A stretch of DNA of 63,667 nt, filler included, from Octopus bimaculoides (Eukaryota): assembly GCF_001194135.2 (NCBI RefSeq). It is 6 parts of 5 records of this genome, joined end to end, with 100 filler letters (N's around TTAATTAATTAA, not from the genome) between each part and the next. Parts side by side here need not be neighbours in the genome. Positions count along the whole stretch, not along the records: positions 28,722 to 47,588 come from NC_068996.1; positions 47,689 to 61,098 come from NC_069005.1; 4 more parts are not named here. The stretch is one strand, 5' to 3'. This document shows, piece by piece, positions 40,021 through 50,528 of the stretch. How positions within the stretch are numbered: the stretch's first letter is position 1; every line of letters starts with the position of its first letter. A program made the translations under genes and the position numbers. A model generated the notes under the pieces. It did not search any database. It had not been told where the DNA came from and saw only the letters and a list, made by a program, of their open reading frames with translations.

Positions 40021-40847
40021 AGTAGTAGTAGTAGTACTCTCGGAAGCAACAGCATCTGATAACAGTAGTTATAAGGGTTGTAGCGTTAGATAGGATTTTA
40101 AATGTGTTTTGTGCCGCTTATGTCACTCCTCCCCATCAAACAGAGCCAAGCTGCATATGATTAAAAACAGCGTTCCGAACATGAGTATCTCCTCGTTTTC
40201 CCACATGTACAGTGACACATCATTTAACTAACTCATCCTTTTCTAAAACGGTTAAAGTGCTATTTTTGGAGGATATTAGGCTACTGTTTGTAGCACAGCA
40301 AGCACAAGATGCAGATGTCTCCCTTGCTGGCTCGTACACACACATGCACACACACTCACACACATATATATCTATATACATACATNNNNNNNNNNNNNNN
40401 NNNNNNNNNNNNNNNNNNNNNNNNNNNNNNNNNNNNNNNNNNNNNNNNNNNNNNNNNNNNNNNNNNNNNNNNNNNNNNNNNNNNNGCCACCTTAATAATT
40501 TATAATTCTCACTTCATCATTTTCGAAATCAGTTGATGTTTCCTATGGTGCTCTCTATAAGACTAACAAGGAGAGTTAAGTTTTTAAAATTCTGACAAGC
40601 TGCGTGAAGTTCTTTAAAACTCGACTACAGAGTAATGGGTCAGAGATGAACATGAATTAAATCTGAAATCATCGATAACATGACTCTATCTGGCTTGACG
40701 TAGGGAGAGAGCCTATCTCCCTTGTCAGTCGTTAGAAAAGTGCTCCCACTTGGCTAAGAGTTTTGAGTCTTATTTCTAGCAATGCTGGCACTTACTAGCA
40801 TCCTCTGTTATTTTATTGACGAATATGCTTGTTGCCACTCAGTTCTA

Positions 40848-40914
<67 letters not shown>

Positions 40915-41087
40915 TATAGGCGCAGGAGTGGCTGTGTGGTAAGTAGCTTGCTTCCCAACCACATAGTTCTGGGTTAAGTCTCACTGCGCGGCACCTTGGG
41001 CATGTGTCTTCTACTATAGCCTCGGGCCGACCAAAGCCTTGTGAGTGGATTTGGTAGACGGAAACTGAAAGAAAAGAAGCCCGTCGT
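40915..41087 (+). mobile_element. SINE family A 5' half (young-looking), running into an N gap
   Basis: aggcgcaggagtggctgtgtggtaagtagcttgc...ggcaccttgggc...gacggaaactgaaag...gcccgtcgt then a gap where the internal microsatellite is expected. Confidence 0.85.
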
Positions 41088-42199
41088 NNNNNNNNNNNNN
41101 NNNNNNNNNNNNNNNNNNNNNNNNNNNNNNNNNNNNNNNNNNNNNNNNNNNNNNNNNNNNNNNNNNNNNNNNNNNNNNNNNNNNNNNNNNNNNNNNNNNN
41201 NNNNNNNNNNNNNNNNNNNNNNNNNNNNNNNNNNNNNNNNNNNNNNNNNNNNNNNNNNNNNNNNNNNNNNNNNNNNNNNNNNNNNNNNNNNNNNNNNNNN
41301 NNNNNNNNNNNNNNNNNNNNNNNNNNNNNNNNNNNNNNNNNNNNNNNNNNNNNNNNNNNNNNNNNNNNNNNNNNNNNNNNNNNNNNNNNNNNNNNNNNNN
41401 NNNNNNNNNNNNNNNNNNNNNNNNNNNNNNNNNNNNNNNNNNNNNNNNNNNNNNNNNNNNNNNNNNNNNNNNNNNNNNNNNNNNNNNNNNNNNNNNNNNN
41501 NNNNNNNNNNNNNNNNNNNNNNNNNNNNNNNNNNNNNNNNNNNNNNNNNNNNNNNNNNNNNNNNNNNNNNNNNNNNNNNNNNNNNNNNNNNNNNNNNNNN
41601 NNNNNNNNNNNNNNNNNNNNNNNNNNNNNNNNNNNNNNNNNNNNNNNNNNNNNNNNNNNNNNNNNNNNNNNNNNNNNNNNNNNNNNTTCTTCTTTGAACA
41701 AGTAGAGACGGAACAATTGCTATGATATTTGTCCAGCGCTGAAAGAGCTTTCTCAATTGCTCACATTTTTATGCCGTAGATATCGGGTTGAATATTTCTA
41801 TAGGAAAAAAAATATAATCATTCAGTTACCTAACAAATTACAGATTTTTTCTTATTTTGTCGCTTCCAGAACTAAACAAATCAAAATCAAATACGAAGGA
41901 ATAAGAATCGAATTAATAATATCGTAACGATAAGTGATGTAACATTTAATTCGGTGCTACATCATTCCTCTTAACACTTCAGAAACACTTAGGTTGTAGT
42001 GGCAGAAAATACTTCCACAGCATACTGATTGATATGTTTGTTATAAAGTGTTCACACGAATGAAGTGCTTGAGAGAGATATCTACTCGACAACAGGTTAG
42101 ATCAAAAAGCAAAAGCACTAGTCGTGATAAAGAGTTTAAGATCGATAAAATTCAATAACGATAGACATTATTTACAAATGGGTATAACTTAGAAGCATG

Positions 42200-42480
42200 T
42201 ACTATGTTTTCGCTAATTGCTTTCCGTGCCTGTGTAGTTGCGAGCACTCATTTCGGCTTCTTAAACTAGGCCCAGCGAAGCATATAAGTTGTGAAAGCTG
42301 GATGAAGAGAGTACAACATCAACACGTAAATGGTACTCATTTCACCTGATTAGACCGGAGTGAAATGAAAAGAAATATCTTTCACTAAAGCACAACTCGT
42401 TACCCGGTCCAAGATTGGAAACCCATGAATTCATAATCGTTAGCCCAACTCTTTAACTACAAAGCCATTATCCATCGCTG
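42200..42480 (-). mobile_element. SINE family F copy, degraded
   Basis: Reverse complement aatggctttgtagttaaagagttgggc...gggtttccaatc resembles a tRNA-like head. Confidence 0.45.
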
Positions 42481-42974
42481 TTATGAATATATATCTTAAA
42501 ATAACAAGTATTAAGGCACTCAATATCGCCAGCACATAAACTCAAGTTAATATGTGACCCAATCTATCATATAATTAGTGTTATACCACAACTAAGTTTC
42601 ATAACTTATCTTATACCAACCAACAAACTAAAAGTTCTACTTCAAACAGAGATACGATGTGGCACGAGGCCAAAAATCAAATTTTCCAAAATAAGTATAG
42701 CCATACGACCAATGTGATCAAGCCCACGCAATTTCTATATTTTACTTATAGCTGTTCTGTTGTTCAAAATTATCATAGTTTATTGATTATTTGAATCCTG
42801 AAATATATTTATATTTAAGCTTGATATATATATATATATGCCTACTCACCCATCTACCCAGCTACCTACATAATTCATAAAAAAAAGCAATGCCATTAAT
42901 GAGTGTTTTCTATATGAAGTTATACACATATGAAAATAATTTAACCGAGATATTGCTGATAATTTTGGGACCAG

Positions 42975-43062
42975 CACATGTTTATTAAGTCTCACAAACA
43001 AAAGATCGACAGTGGCTTCGAAGTTTCGACAAGTGGCTCGCGATCATCAGTCTGATGATAGC
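42975..43062 (-). mobile_element. Penelope-like pLTR remnant carrying a decayed type I hammerhead ribozyme motif
   Basis: Minus strand: aucaucaga-CUGAUGA-uc-gcgag-cca-cuugu-c-GAAA-cuucgaag-cc-acugucgau, then uaauaaa. Confidence 0.5.
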
Positions 43063-43074
43063 AACACACACACA

Positions 43075-43141
<67 letters not shown>

Positions 43142-43348
43142 ACACACGCACACGTGCATATATATGTATATATTGGTATGCATGTTTGTGTTAGTGTGTA
43201 TGTGTGTGTGAGCGTAAGATAATCTCAGTCTGATGGTTAGCTACGTTGAGTTGAGTTCATTGCATAACAATTGCATCATCAGCTCCGACTAGTTTAGAAG
43301 ATTATGTAGCGTACATTTTACCCCCGTTACACTTCCTCATTTTGGACG

Positions 43349-43404
<56 letters not shown>

Positions 43405-43738
43405 TACACACACACACACACACACACACAGTCAATTTAAATAAACAAAGAATTTAAGTAAACTAATAAAAAAGCAAATACAAACGCACAGCAATGAGGA
43501 CGTGCACATGGAATGTATTAGCTTGTCGCTCGATGAAAGGAGAGAGTTTGATGTTTCGAACATAGCTCTTCGTCGGAAAGGAGAAAGGTAAAATCCAAAG
43601 AAGGAAAAGAAATCGCACAAGAAAACTTTGAAAATCAGTTTTCGCCTGAATTTTAGTGAAAGAAGTTTCTCTAGTAATAATCCTACATTGAAATGCATTC
43701 CGGACATTTTGTTCGTGTTTAGGTCAGTGCTGCGCAGA

Positions 43739-43779
<41 letters not shown>

Positions 43780-43872
43780 GTTTGTCTGTATGTCTATCTC
43801 TCTATCTATCTATCTGTCAGTCTGTCATCCTATATATCGGTATATATTATGTATGTACATATGTATATATAG

Positions 43873-43947
<75 letters not shown>

Positions 43948-44128
43948 TGTGTGTCTCTGTGTGTGCGTGCGTACGTGAGTATGTGTGTACAGTCAAAGGT
44001 TAGAATTTGGTATATAAAGAGAAGTACACTCAATATATAGAGAAGACTTCACGGGCGGAAAACTGAGTTACAAGAAAACGAATCAGATTAAAATGTAAAT
44101 ATGCCTATTTGTGAGTGTATGTTTATGT

Positions 44129-44200
<72 letters not shown>

Positions 44201-44859
44201 TCATGAGGAAGTATAACCATATAAAGGTGTGTGTGCGTATGTGATCACGCGTATGTGTACACGCATTTATATGATTTAACTTCGTCATACCAAAAGAGAA
44301 AAAAAAAACAAACAGTTATGAACTAAATTAATAAGTTTCTTACTCTATCTCGGCTATTTTTCTTGTTTATATCGCCGTGAATGTTGTTGCTTTAAATACA
44401 CTACAAACAAACAAACAAAAAAACAAGAGAAACAAAACAATATGGACGACAAGTGAACAGCAATAACAACAATAACAACAACAACAACAGCAAACACGAA
44501 CACCAATAACCTTGAAGTATGAATGTTTGTTGCAGCTGCTAATAAAGTCTGTAACTATTGATGCCGTTTAAGTTTGGAGCCATTTTATTTGCACAAATAA
44601 ATTCGTTATCACATCATATTCTTGTCGTTTCCGTTGCCAAAAATTAAGAGAGAAATCGATTTCACATTGGTTATTGTTCCCAACCGATGCCAGAAATATT
44701 CTTTAATTCATGGCACAAACGCTGTAATTACATTCCTCAATCAAACACACTCGTATTTATCGCATTTCAAGTCCTTTGAATTAGTTTTGCAACACAATAT
44801 TTTCCAATATTATTATACTTAGTGGTTCAACTTCACTTGTCTTACCCAACACTTCTTTG

Positions 44860-44870
44860 TTTTGTTAGTT

Positions 44871-44906
<36 letters not shown>

Positions 44907-45800
44907 TCCTTCTTTCTTTCTTTCTCTGTCTTTCATTCACATTTGTTAATCCCCGCTATTCTTTTTTTCCCGTTCGTTGTATCTTGTTTCTTTCGTTCGC
45001 TCATTGTAGCTTATTTCTTTCTTTCCTTCTTTCGTTCATTGTAACTTGATTCTTTCTTACCTTCTTTCGTTCATTGTATCTTATTTGTTTGTTTCTTTCT
45101 GTATGATTTATATATAAGTGTCACTCTCTCTTTGTCTTTCGTCTTTCTTTCAATCTTACCCATCTTTCACTGATACTTTTCGTTCTTTCTTTCGCTCCTT
45201 TCACTTTTCTTTCTTTCTTTCTTTCCTTCTTCCTTCCTTTCTTCCTTGCTTTCTTCCTTTCTTTCTTTCTTCCTTCATTTCTTTCCTTCTTTCTGTTTTC
45301 TTTTTTTCTTTCTTTCTTTCTTTCTTTCATTCTTTCTTTCTTTCTTTCTTTCTTTCATTTTTCTTTTTTTTATTTCATTCATTACGATTTACTTGTTTTC
45401 TTCTTAAATACATTTTCCCTTTTGTTTTCTTTTTTGTTTTTCTTTCTTTCTTACCGCCTTTCGTCCTGCTTTCATTCATTCATTATTCAGTCATTCTTCC
45501 TTTCTTAGTCTTTCTTCCCGTTAATCTTTCATTTTTAATTCTCTCTTTTTCTCGTTCAGTCTTTCTTTTCTCAGCCATTTTTCTTCCTTTGCTGTTTCTT
45601 TTTCAATGTTTTTTCTTTCTAAGTTTATTCATTCTTTTTTCTTTCGTTTTCTTCGCTTTTGTCGCGTTACTTCTTTCCTTTAATTAACCTTTTTATATGG
45701 CTTCCCTCCTTCCCCCTTCTCTCTCTTTCTCTCCCCTGTTTTCCTGTTTGTTTATTCGAAATTAGCTTTTGTTTCTCTACATGACTACTTTTCCTTCTCT
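44860..45800. repeat. Degenerate (TTTC)n polypyrimidine tract of about 940 bp
   Basis: Direct inspection. Confidence 0.9.
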
Positions 45801-46109
45801 TCCTATCTTGAACGCTGTTTCCCTTTTCTGATTGTCCAACCTCTGATTACTATTATTTTTTGTTCATTCGCAATTAATAGATAATGTTCTTTGTTTTGGT
45901 CTTCTCCATCTACCACTCCATTCTAAATTCTTTATTATCACCTTATTTATATTAATCACGCTACCTACCTACTTAGAAACTTACCTACCTACCTACCTAC
46001 CTACCTACCTACCTACCTACCTACCTACCTACCTACCTACCCTCCTGCCTGCCTGCCTGCCTGTCTGTCTGACTGTTTTTCTGTCTGTCTGTCTGTCTGC
46101 CCATGGATA

Positions 46110-46510
46110 TATTCTTTTATTCTTTTACTTGTTTCAGTCACTTGACTGCGGCCTTGCTGGAACACCACCTTTAGTCGAATAAACCGATCCCAGGACTTAT
46201 TCTTTGTAAGCCTAGTACTAATTCTATCGGGAACTTTTGCCGAAATGTTAGATTACGAGGACGTAAACATAGCAACAACGGTTGTTCAGGGGTGGTGCCA
46301 GACTTACACATACACAAAGACGCACCCAAACACACATACATACGATGGGGTTCTTTATGTTTCCGCCAACCAAATCCATTCACAAGGTTTTGGTCGCCCT
46401 TACGCTATAGTAGATGACATCTGCTCAAGTTGCCACGCAAGTGAGACTGATCTCAGAACCATGTGGTTCAGAAGCAAACTTCTTACCATACAGCCACGCC
46501 TGCGCCTATA
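46110..46510 (-). mobile_element. SINE family A copy
   Basis: Full tail-to-head match (attcttttattcttttacttgtttcagtc...ccatacagccacgcctgcgcct). Confidence 0.8.
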
Positions 46511-46889
46511 GGAGTGAAAGTTGGAAAACATTGCATGCTTATCAGGCATACATATGTAGACATAAAATGTTTACGCATTCAGGCTCACAAGATTTTGTTT
46601 CGATACCTGAAAAGATTTCCATCACCAAGGAAAAAGTATATGATCGAAGTGTTGAAGTGTGGAGTTGAAATTTCCGATATTCAGAATTAAAAAAAAAAAT
46701 GTCTATTTCCAAATATGTTGAATTTTTCATTCTTTGACCTAAGCGATGTGAAGGAAGGAAACAAGATATAATGAACGAAAACAAAAGGAATAACAGAAAT
46801 AAAGGCATATGAATGAAAGAAAGAAAGAAAAACGGGAAGAAACGAAGAAGAAAGGAATAGAAGGAAGAATAGAACAAACTAATGATATC

Positions 46890-47175
46890 TGTATCGACCA
46901 CTCTATCAGTTGGTGTTATACACCGCTGGTTACAATACGCTTCCTCGCATTGTGCTAACATTCGAATGATGCAACTCCACTGCCTAAGCAGGAAAGCCGA
47001 CATTCCACCTGAAAGGAATGCCTGTCCATCGCAAGGTAGGTCATCTACAGCTGAGCGACTGCAGCAATGTCAAGTGAAGCGTTTTGCTCAAGAACACAAC
47101 GCACGGCCGGTTTAGGAATCATAACCAGAGTCTTATGATCATGAGTGTCACACACCCACCTACCATCACGCCACG
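46890..47175 (-). mobile_element. SINE family F copy
   Basis: gtgaagcgttttgctcaagaacacaacgcacggccgg...tgatcatgagtg matches the 26150 copy. Confidence 0.55.
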
Positions 47176-47552
47176 CGCGGTTTCTCATACACTTCGAGTT
47201 ACGCAACTGTCTTCAAACGCTTGTTGTTTGAATGGTCGAAATATGTAGTAGAAGGACAACCAACAAAGGATGAAGGGTCGTTTTTTATGTTAATTATTTT
47301 GTTTTACATTCGTTACTCACGTTTTTTGCCTACCAAACGTTATTTTCGTATTTCATGTTTGTTTACGTGTTTGTGACGTCCTGTACCGATATATGCATAT
47401 CTATATACTTATATACGTGTGTATGTACATATGTGTGTCTATATATGCATATATATATATATTATTTATATGATATATATATAACATATATTATCTATAT
47501 GGTATATATATAATATATATATTATTTACATTATTTATATATTTAATATATA

Positions 47553-47588
<36 letters not shown>

Positions 47589-47688
47589 NNNNNNNNNNNN
47601 NNNNNNNNNNNNNNNNNNNNNNNNNNNNNNNNTTAATTAATTAANNNNNNNNNNNNNNNNNNNNNNNNNNNNNNNNNNNNNNNNNNNN
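47589..47688. other. Assembly join pad
   Basis: N44-TTAATTAATTAA-N44. Confidence 0.9.
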
Positions 47689-47949
47689 TATATATTTATA
47701 TGAGGGGCATGGTTGTGGGTGTGGAGTGGGGTCTGACATATTTTAATGATATTAACTTATTACTATATCAGGGGACCAAAATGAGATTAGCCCTATTTTG
47801 ATAAATACATTTGGCATTTTTACATAACCTATTACAGCATAAAGTTTAAATCCACCCCATCTCAAACAAACATGATCATACATATATATATATATATATA
47901 TGTCTGTGTATGTGTCAGCTATATATGTATATATATATGTCTGTGTATG

Positions 47950-48237
47950 TGTCAAATTCGATGACAGCACTGCATGACTAGTATCCATGCAAGTGGAGCG
48001 CTAAGAGCACCATCCGAGCATGACCGTTGCCAAGGCCGCTGACTGGCCCCTGTGCTGGTAGAATGAAAAAGGCACCATTCAAGCATGATCGTTACCAGCG
48101 TGGCCTTACTGGGACTTGTGCCAGTGGTACATTCGAGCGAGGGCGTTGCCAGTGCTGCTGGACTGGCTCCTGTGCAGGTGACATGTAAAAACACCATTCG
48201 AGCCTGGCCGTTGCCAGTACCGCCTGGCCGTTGCCAG
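47950..48237 (+). repeat. Degenerate tandem array of a 60-70 bp unit (gcaccattcgagc..cgttgccag..ctgactggc..ctgtgc..ggt..c.tgtaaaa)
   Basis: About four related units visible. The same unit recurs in reverse at 49960-50080 and in 56590-56730. Confidence 0.65.
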
Positions 48238-48699
48238 TGTGGCTGCTGAAAGACCTTATGTCTGGCAATGGGACTCTGCACCATGCCATGCAAGCAGGAG
48301 AACCCAGTCATGGTTGTCAGACAATTTCTTCAACAACATCACCCCTAACATCAGGCCACCTAACTCCCCAGACTGCAACCCCCTTGATTAATATGTGTGG
48401 AGCACAATTGAGCAAGAGACAAAAAAAAAACGCCTTGTAACACCAAAGGTGAACTGAAGGCAAGGATTATGGCAGCATTGACCAACTTAAACAAGGAGTC
48501 CATCCAGAAGAGTTGCAGGAGATTGTGAAGTTGTCTGGAGGCCGTGGTTGAAGCCAATGGCGATTTTATTGAATAAATTTACTCTTTAATATTTCGAGAT
48601 ATTTTAATGTAATTTTGGTAAATATATCTCTTAAAATGAGATGTCAGTTTTATTTTCATTTTTGCATAATTTAGACAACAATTTATTCACCGCACCCTG
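48238..48699 (+). pseudogene. 3' half of a maT-like (DD37D) Tc1/mariner transposase with right TIR
   Basis: PYVWQWDSAPCHASRRTQSWLSDNF...PPNSPDCNPLD*YVWS has 37 residues between D(SAP) and (NPL)D. Ends ttattcaccgcaccctg followed by TA. Confidence 0.8.
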
Positions 48700-48704
48700 T
48701 ATAT

Positions 48705-48797
48705 ATCATCATCATCATCATCATCATTGTTTAACGTCCGCTTTCCATGCTAGCATGGGTTGGACGATTTGACTGAGGACTGGTGAAACCAGATGGC
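48705..48797 (-). mobile_element. 3' tail of repeat family E, with a (GAT)n tail
   Basis: (catcat)n-gtttaacgtccgctttccatgctagcatgggttggac matches 49790, 54150 and 56800-56890. Confidence 0.65.
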
Positions 48798-49467
48798 NNN
48801 NNNNNNNNNNNNNNNNNNNNNNNNNNNNNNNNNNNNNNNNNNNNNNNNNNNNNNNNNNNNNNNNNNNNNNNNNNNNNNNNNNNNNNNNNNNNNNNNNNNN
48901 NNNNNNNNNNNNNNNNNNNNNNNNNNNNNNNNNNNNNNNNNNNNNNNNNNNNNNNNNNNNNNNNNNNNNNNNNNNNNNNNNNNNNNNNNNNNNNNNNNNN
49001 NNNNNNNNNNNNNNNNNNNNNNNNNNNNNNNNNNNNNNNNNNNNNNNNNNNNNNNNNNNNNNNNNNNNNNNNNNNNNNNNNNNNNNNNNNNNNNNNNNNN
49101 NNNNNNNNNNNNNNNNNNNNNNNNNNNNNNNNNNNNNNNNNNNNNNNNNNNNNNNNNNNNNNNNNNNNNNNNNNNNNNNNNNNNNNNNNNNNNNNNNNNN
49201 NNNNNNNNNNNNNNNNNNNNNNNNNNNNNNNNNNNNNNNNNNNNNNNNNNNNNNNNNNNNNNNNNNNNNNNNNNNNNNNNNNNNNNNNNNNNNNNNNNNN
49301 NNNNNNNNNNNNNNNNNNNNNNNNNNNNNNNNNNNNNNNNNNNNNNNNNNNNNNNNNNNNNNNNNNNNNNNNNNNNNNNNNNNNNNNNNNNNNNNNNNNN
49401 NNNNNNNNNNNNNNNNNNNNNNNNNNNNNNNNNNNNNNNNTTATATATTATTTTTTTCTTCTTGCAG

Positions 49468-49657
49468 TGTATAGAATTTGTCCAGCTCTTCAACCAAAAT
49501 GCCCATACAGAGGTCTTAATGTTGACCGTTCAGTGGCTGCAGATGATGGAATGTATGCTGTTTCCTTTCACACTTTTGCTTGGAGCTCGCTACAGACATG
49601 CTTTCGGACATATTTGTCGTTATATGTTCCTCTGTGACAGATCTGTCTGTGAAAAAG
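49468..49657 (+). CDS. Internal coding exon: last transmembrane helix (TM7) plus helix 8 of a divergent class-A-like GPCR (CIEFVQLFNQNAHTEVLMLTVQWLQMMECMLFPFTLLLGARYRHAFGHICRYMFLCDRSVCEK)
   Basis: Strong acceptor tttttttcttcttgcag|tgt and donor aaaaag|gtaaaa. The 190-nt exon is open (phase 0 in, phase 1 out). It encodes a hydrophobic W-x9-P segment followed by RYRxAF and Cys residues, like a GPCR TM7-H8. Its exit phase matches the next exon. Confidence 0.8.
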
Positions 49658-49789
49658 GTAAAAAACAAGAATTTTAAATTCGTTTCAGACATAAAATGGT
49701 ATTCAGCTTTACAAATCAATTCTTTTTTTTTTTAGAAAATTCAGCTTCAACTTCCTTCCTTTTATAGTTGTTTATCTTTTTCATTTTAT

Positions 49790-50230
49790 CATCATCATCA
49801 TTATCATCATTGTTGTTTAATGTCCGCTTTCCATACTGGTGTGGGTGGGACAGTTTGACTGAGAACTGGCAAGCCAGGAGGCTGCACCAGGCGCCAGTCT
49901 GATTTGGCAGGGTTTCTACTGCTGGATGCCCTTCCTAACGCCAACCACTCTAAGAGTGTAGCGGGTGCTTTTACATGCCACTGGCATGGGAGCCAGTCAG
50001 GCGGCACTGGCATCGACCATGCTCAAATGGTGCTTTTTACATTCCACCAGCACGGGTGCCAGTCAGGCGGCACTGGCATCAACCGCAACTATGATTTCAC
50101 TCGGTTCAACAGGTCTTCACAAGCATGGCATATTGTCCAATGATTGAAGGTTGCTTTTAAATGGGCCAGTTATGCGGCACTGGCATCAGCCACAATTACA
50201 ATCTCACTTGGCTTGCTGGGTCTTTTCAAG
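49790..50230 (-). mobile_element. Repeat family E (retroposon 3' end, possibly RTE-associated) filling the intron between the two coding exons
   Basis: ctggatgcccttcctaacgccaacc motif, tandem 60-70 bp units and a (CAT)n tail. Confidence 0.65.
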
Positions 50231-50528
50231 TACGGCATATTTTGTTATCGTTGATGCTGTTTTCTTCTTCTCCTCCTCCTCCTCCTCCCCCTCCTTCTCA
50301 CTACTACTACTACTATTATTGACATCACACAGTATCCAATATCGTTAAGTTGTTGATTGAAGATATTGTGTCTGCTGAGGGTTTGTACTGTTTGTCAAGT
50401 CACAACAAAAACCTCAGAAAGACAGTACTTTACACCTGATGATGATGATGATAACAATAATAATTATTATTATTATTATGGCTGCAGTCTAATTATTATT
50501 ATTATTATTTATCTTTTTCTCTCTGCAG

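Noticed and set aside
47950-48237. Repeat-spacer-like array resembling CRISPR
   Set aside because: The units are degenerate tandem repeats without unique spacers, there are no cas genes, and the context is eukaryotic.
49468-49657. Opsin identity for the TM7 exon
   Set aside because: No lysine at the retinal-binding position (7 residues before the TM7 proline) and no NPxxY.
50357-50528. N-terminal 57 codons of the 1113-aa ORF (MKILCLL...YYYYY...IIIII)
   Set aside because: Starts at a TTG and is built from GAT/AAT/TAT microsatellites. It lies upstream of a strong acceptor that is in phase with the previous exon, so it is intronic.
50481-50528. Alternative acceptor gctgcag at 50487
   Set aside because: Poor pyrimidine tract, and it would add 41 nt and shift the frame.
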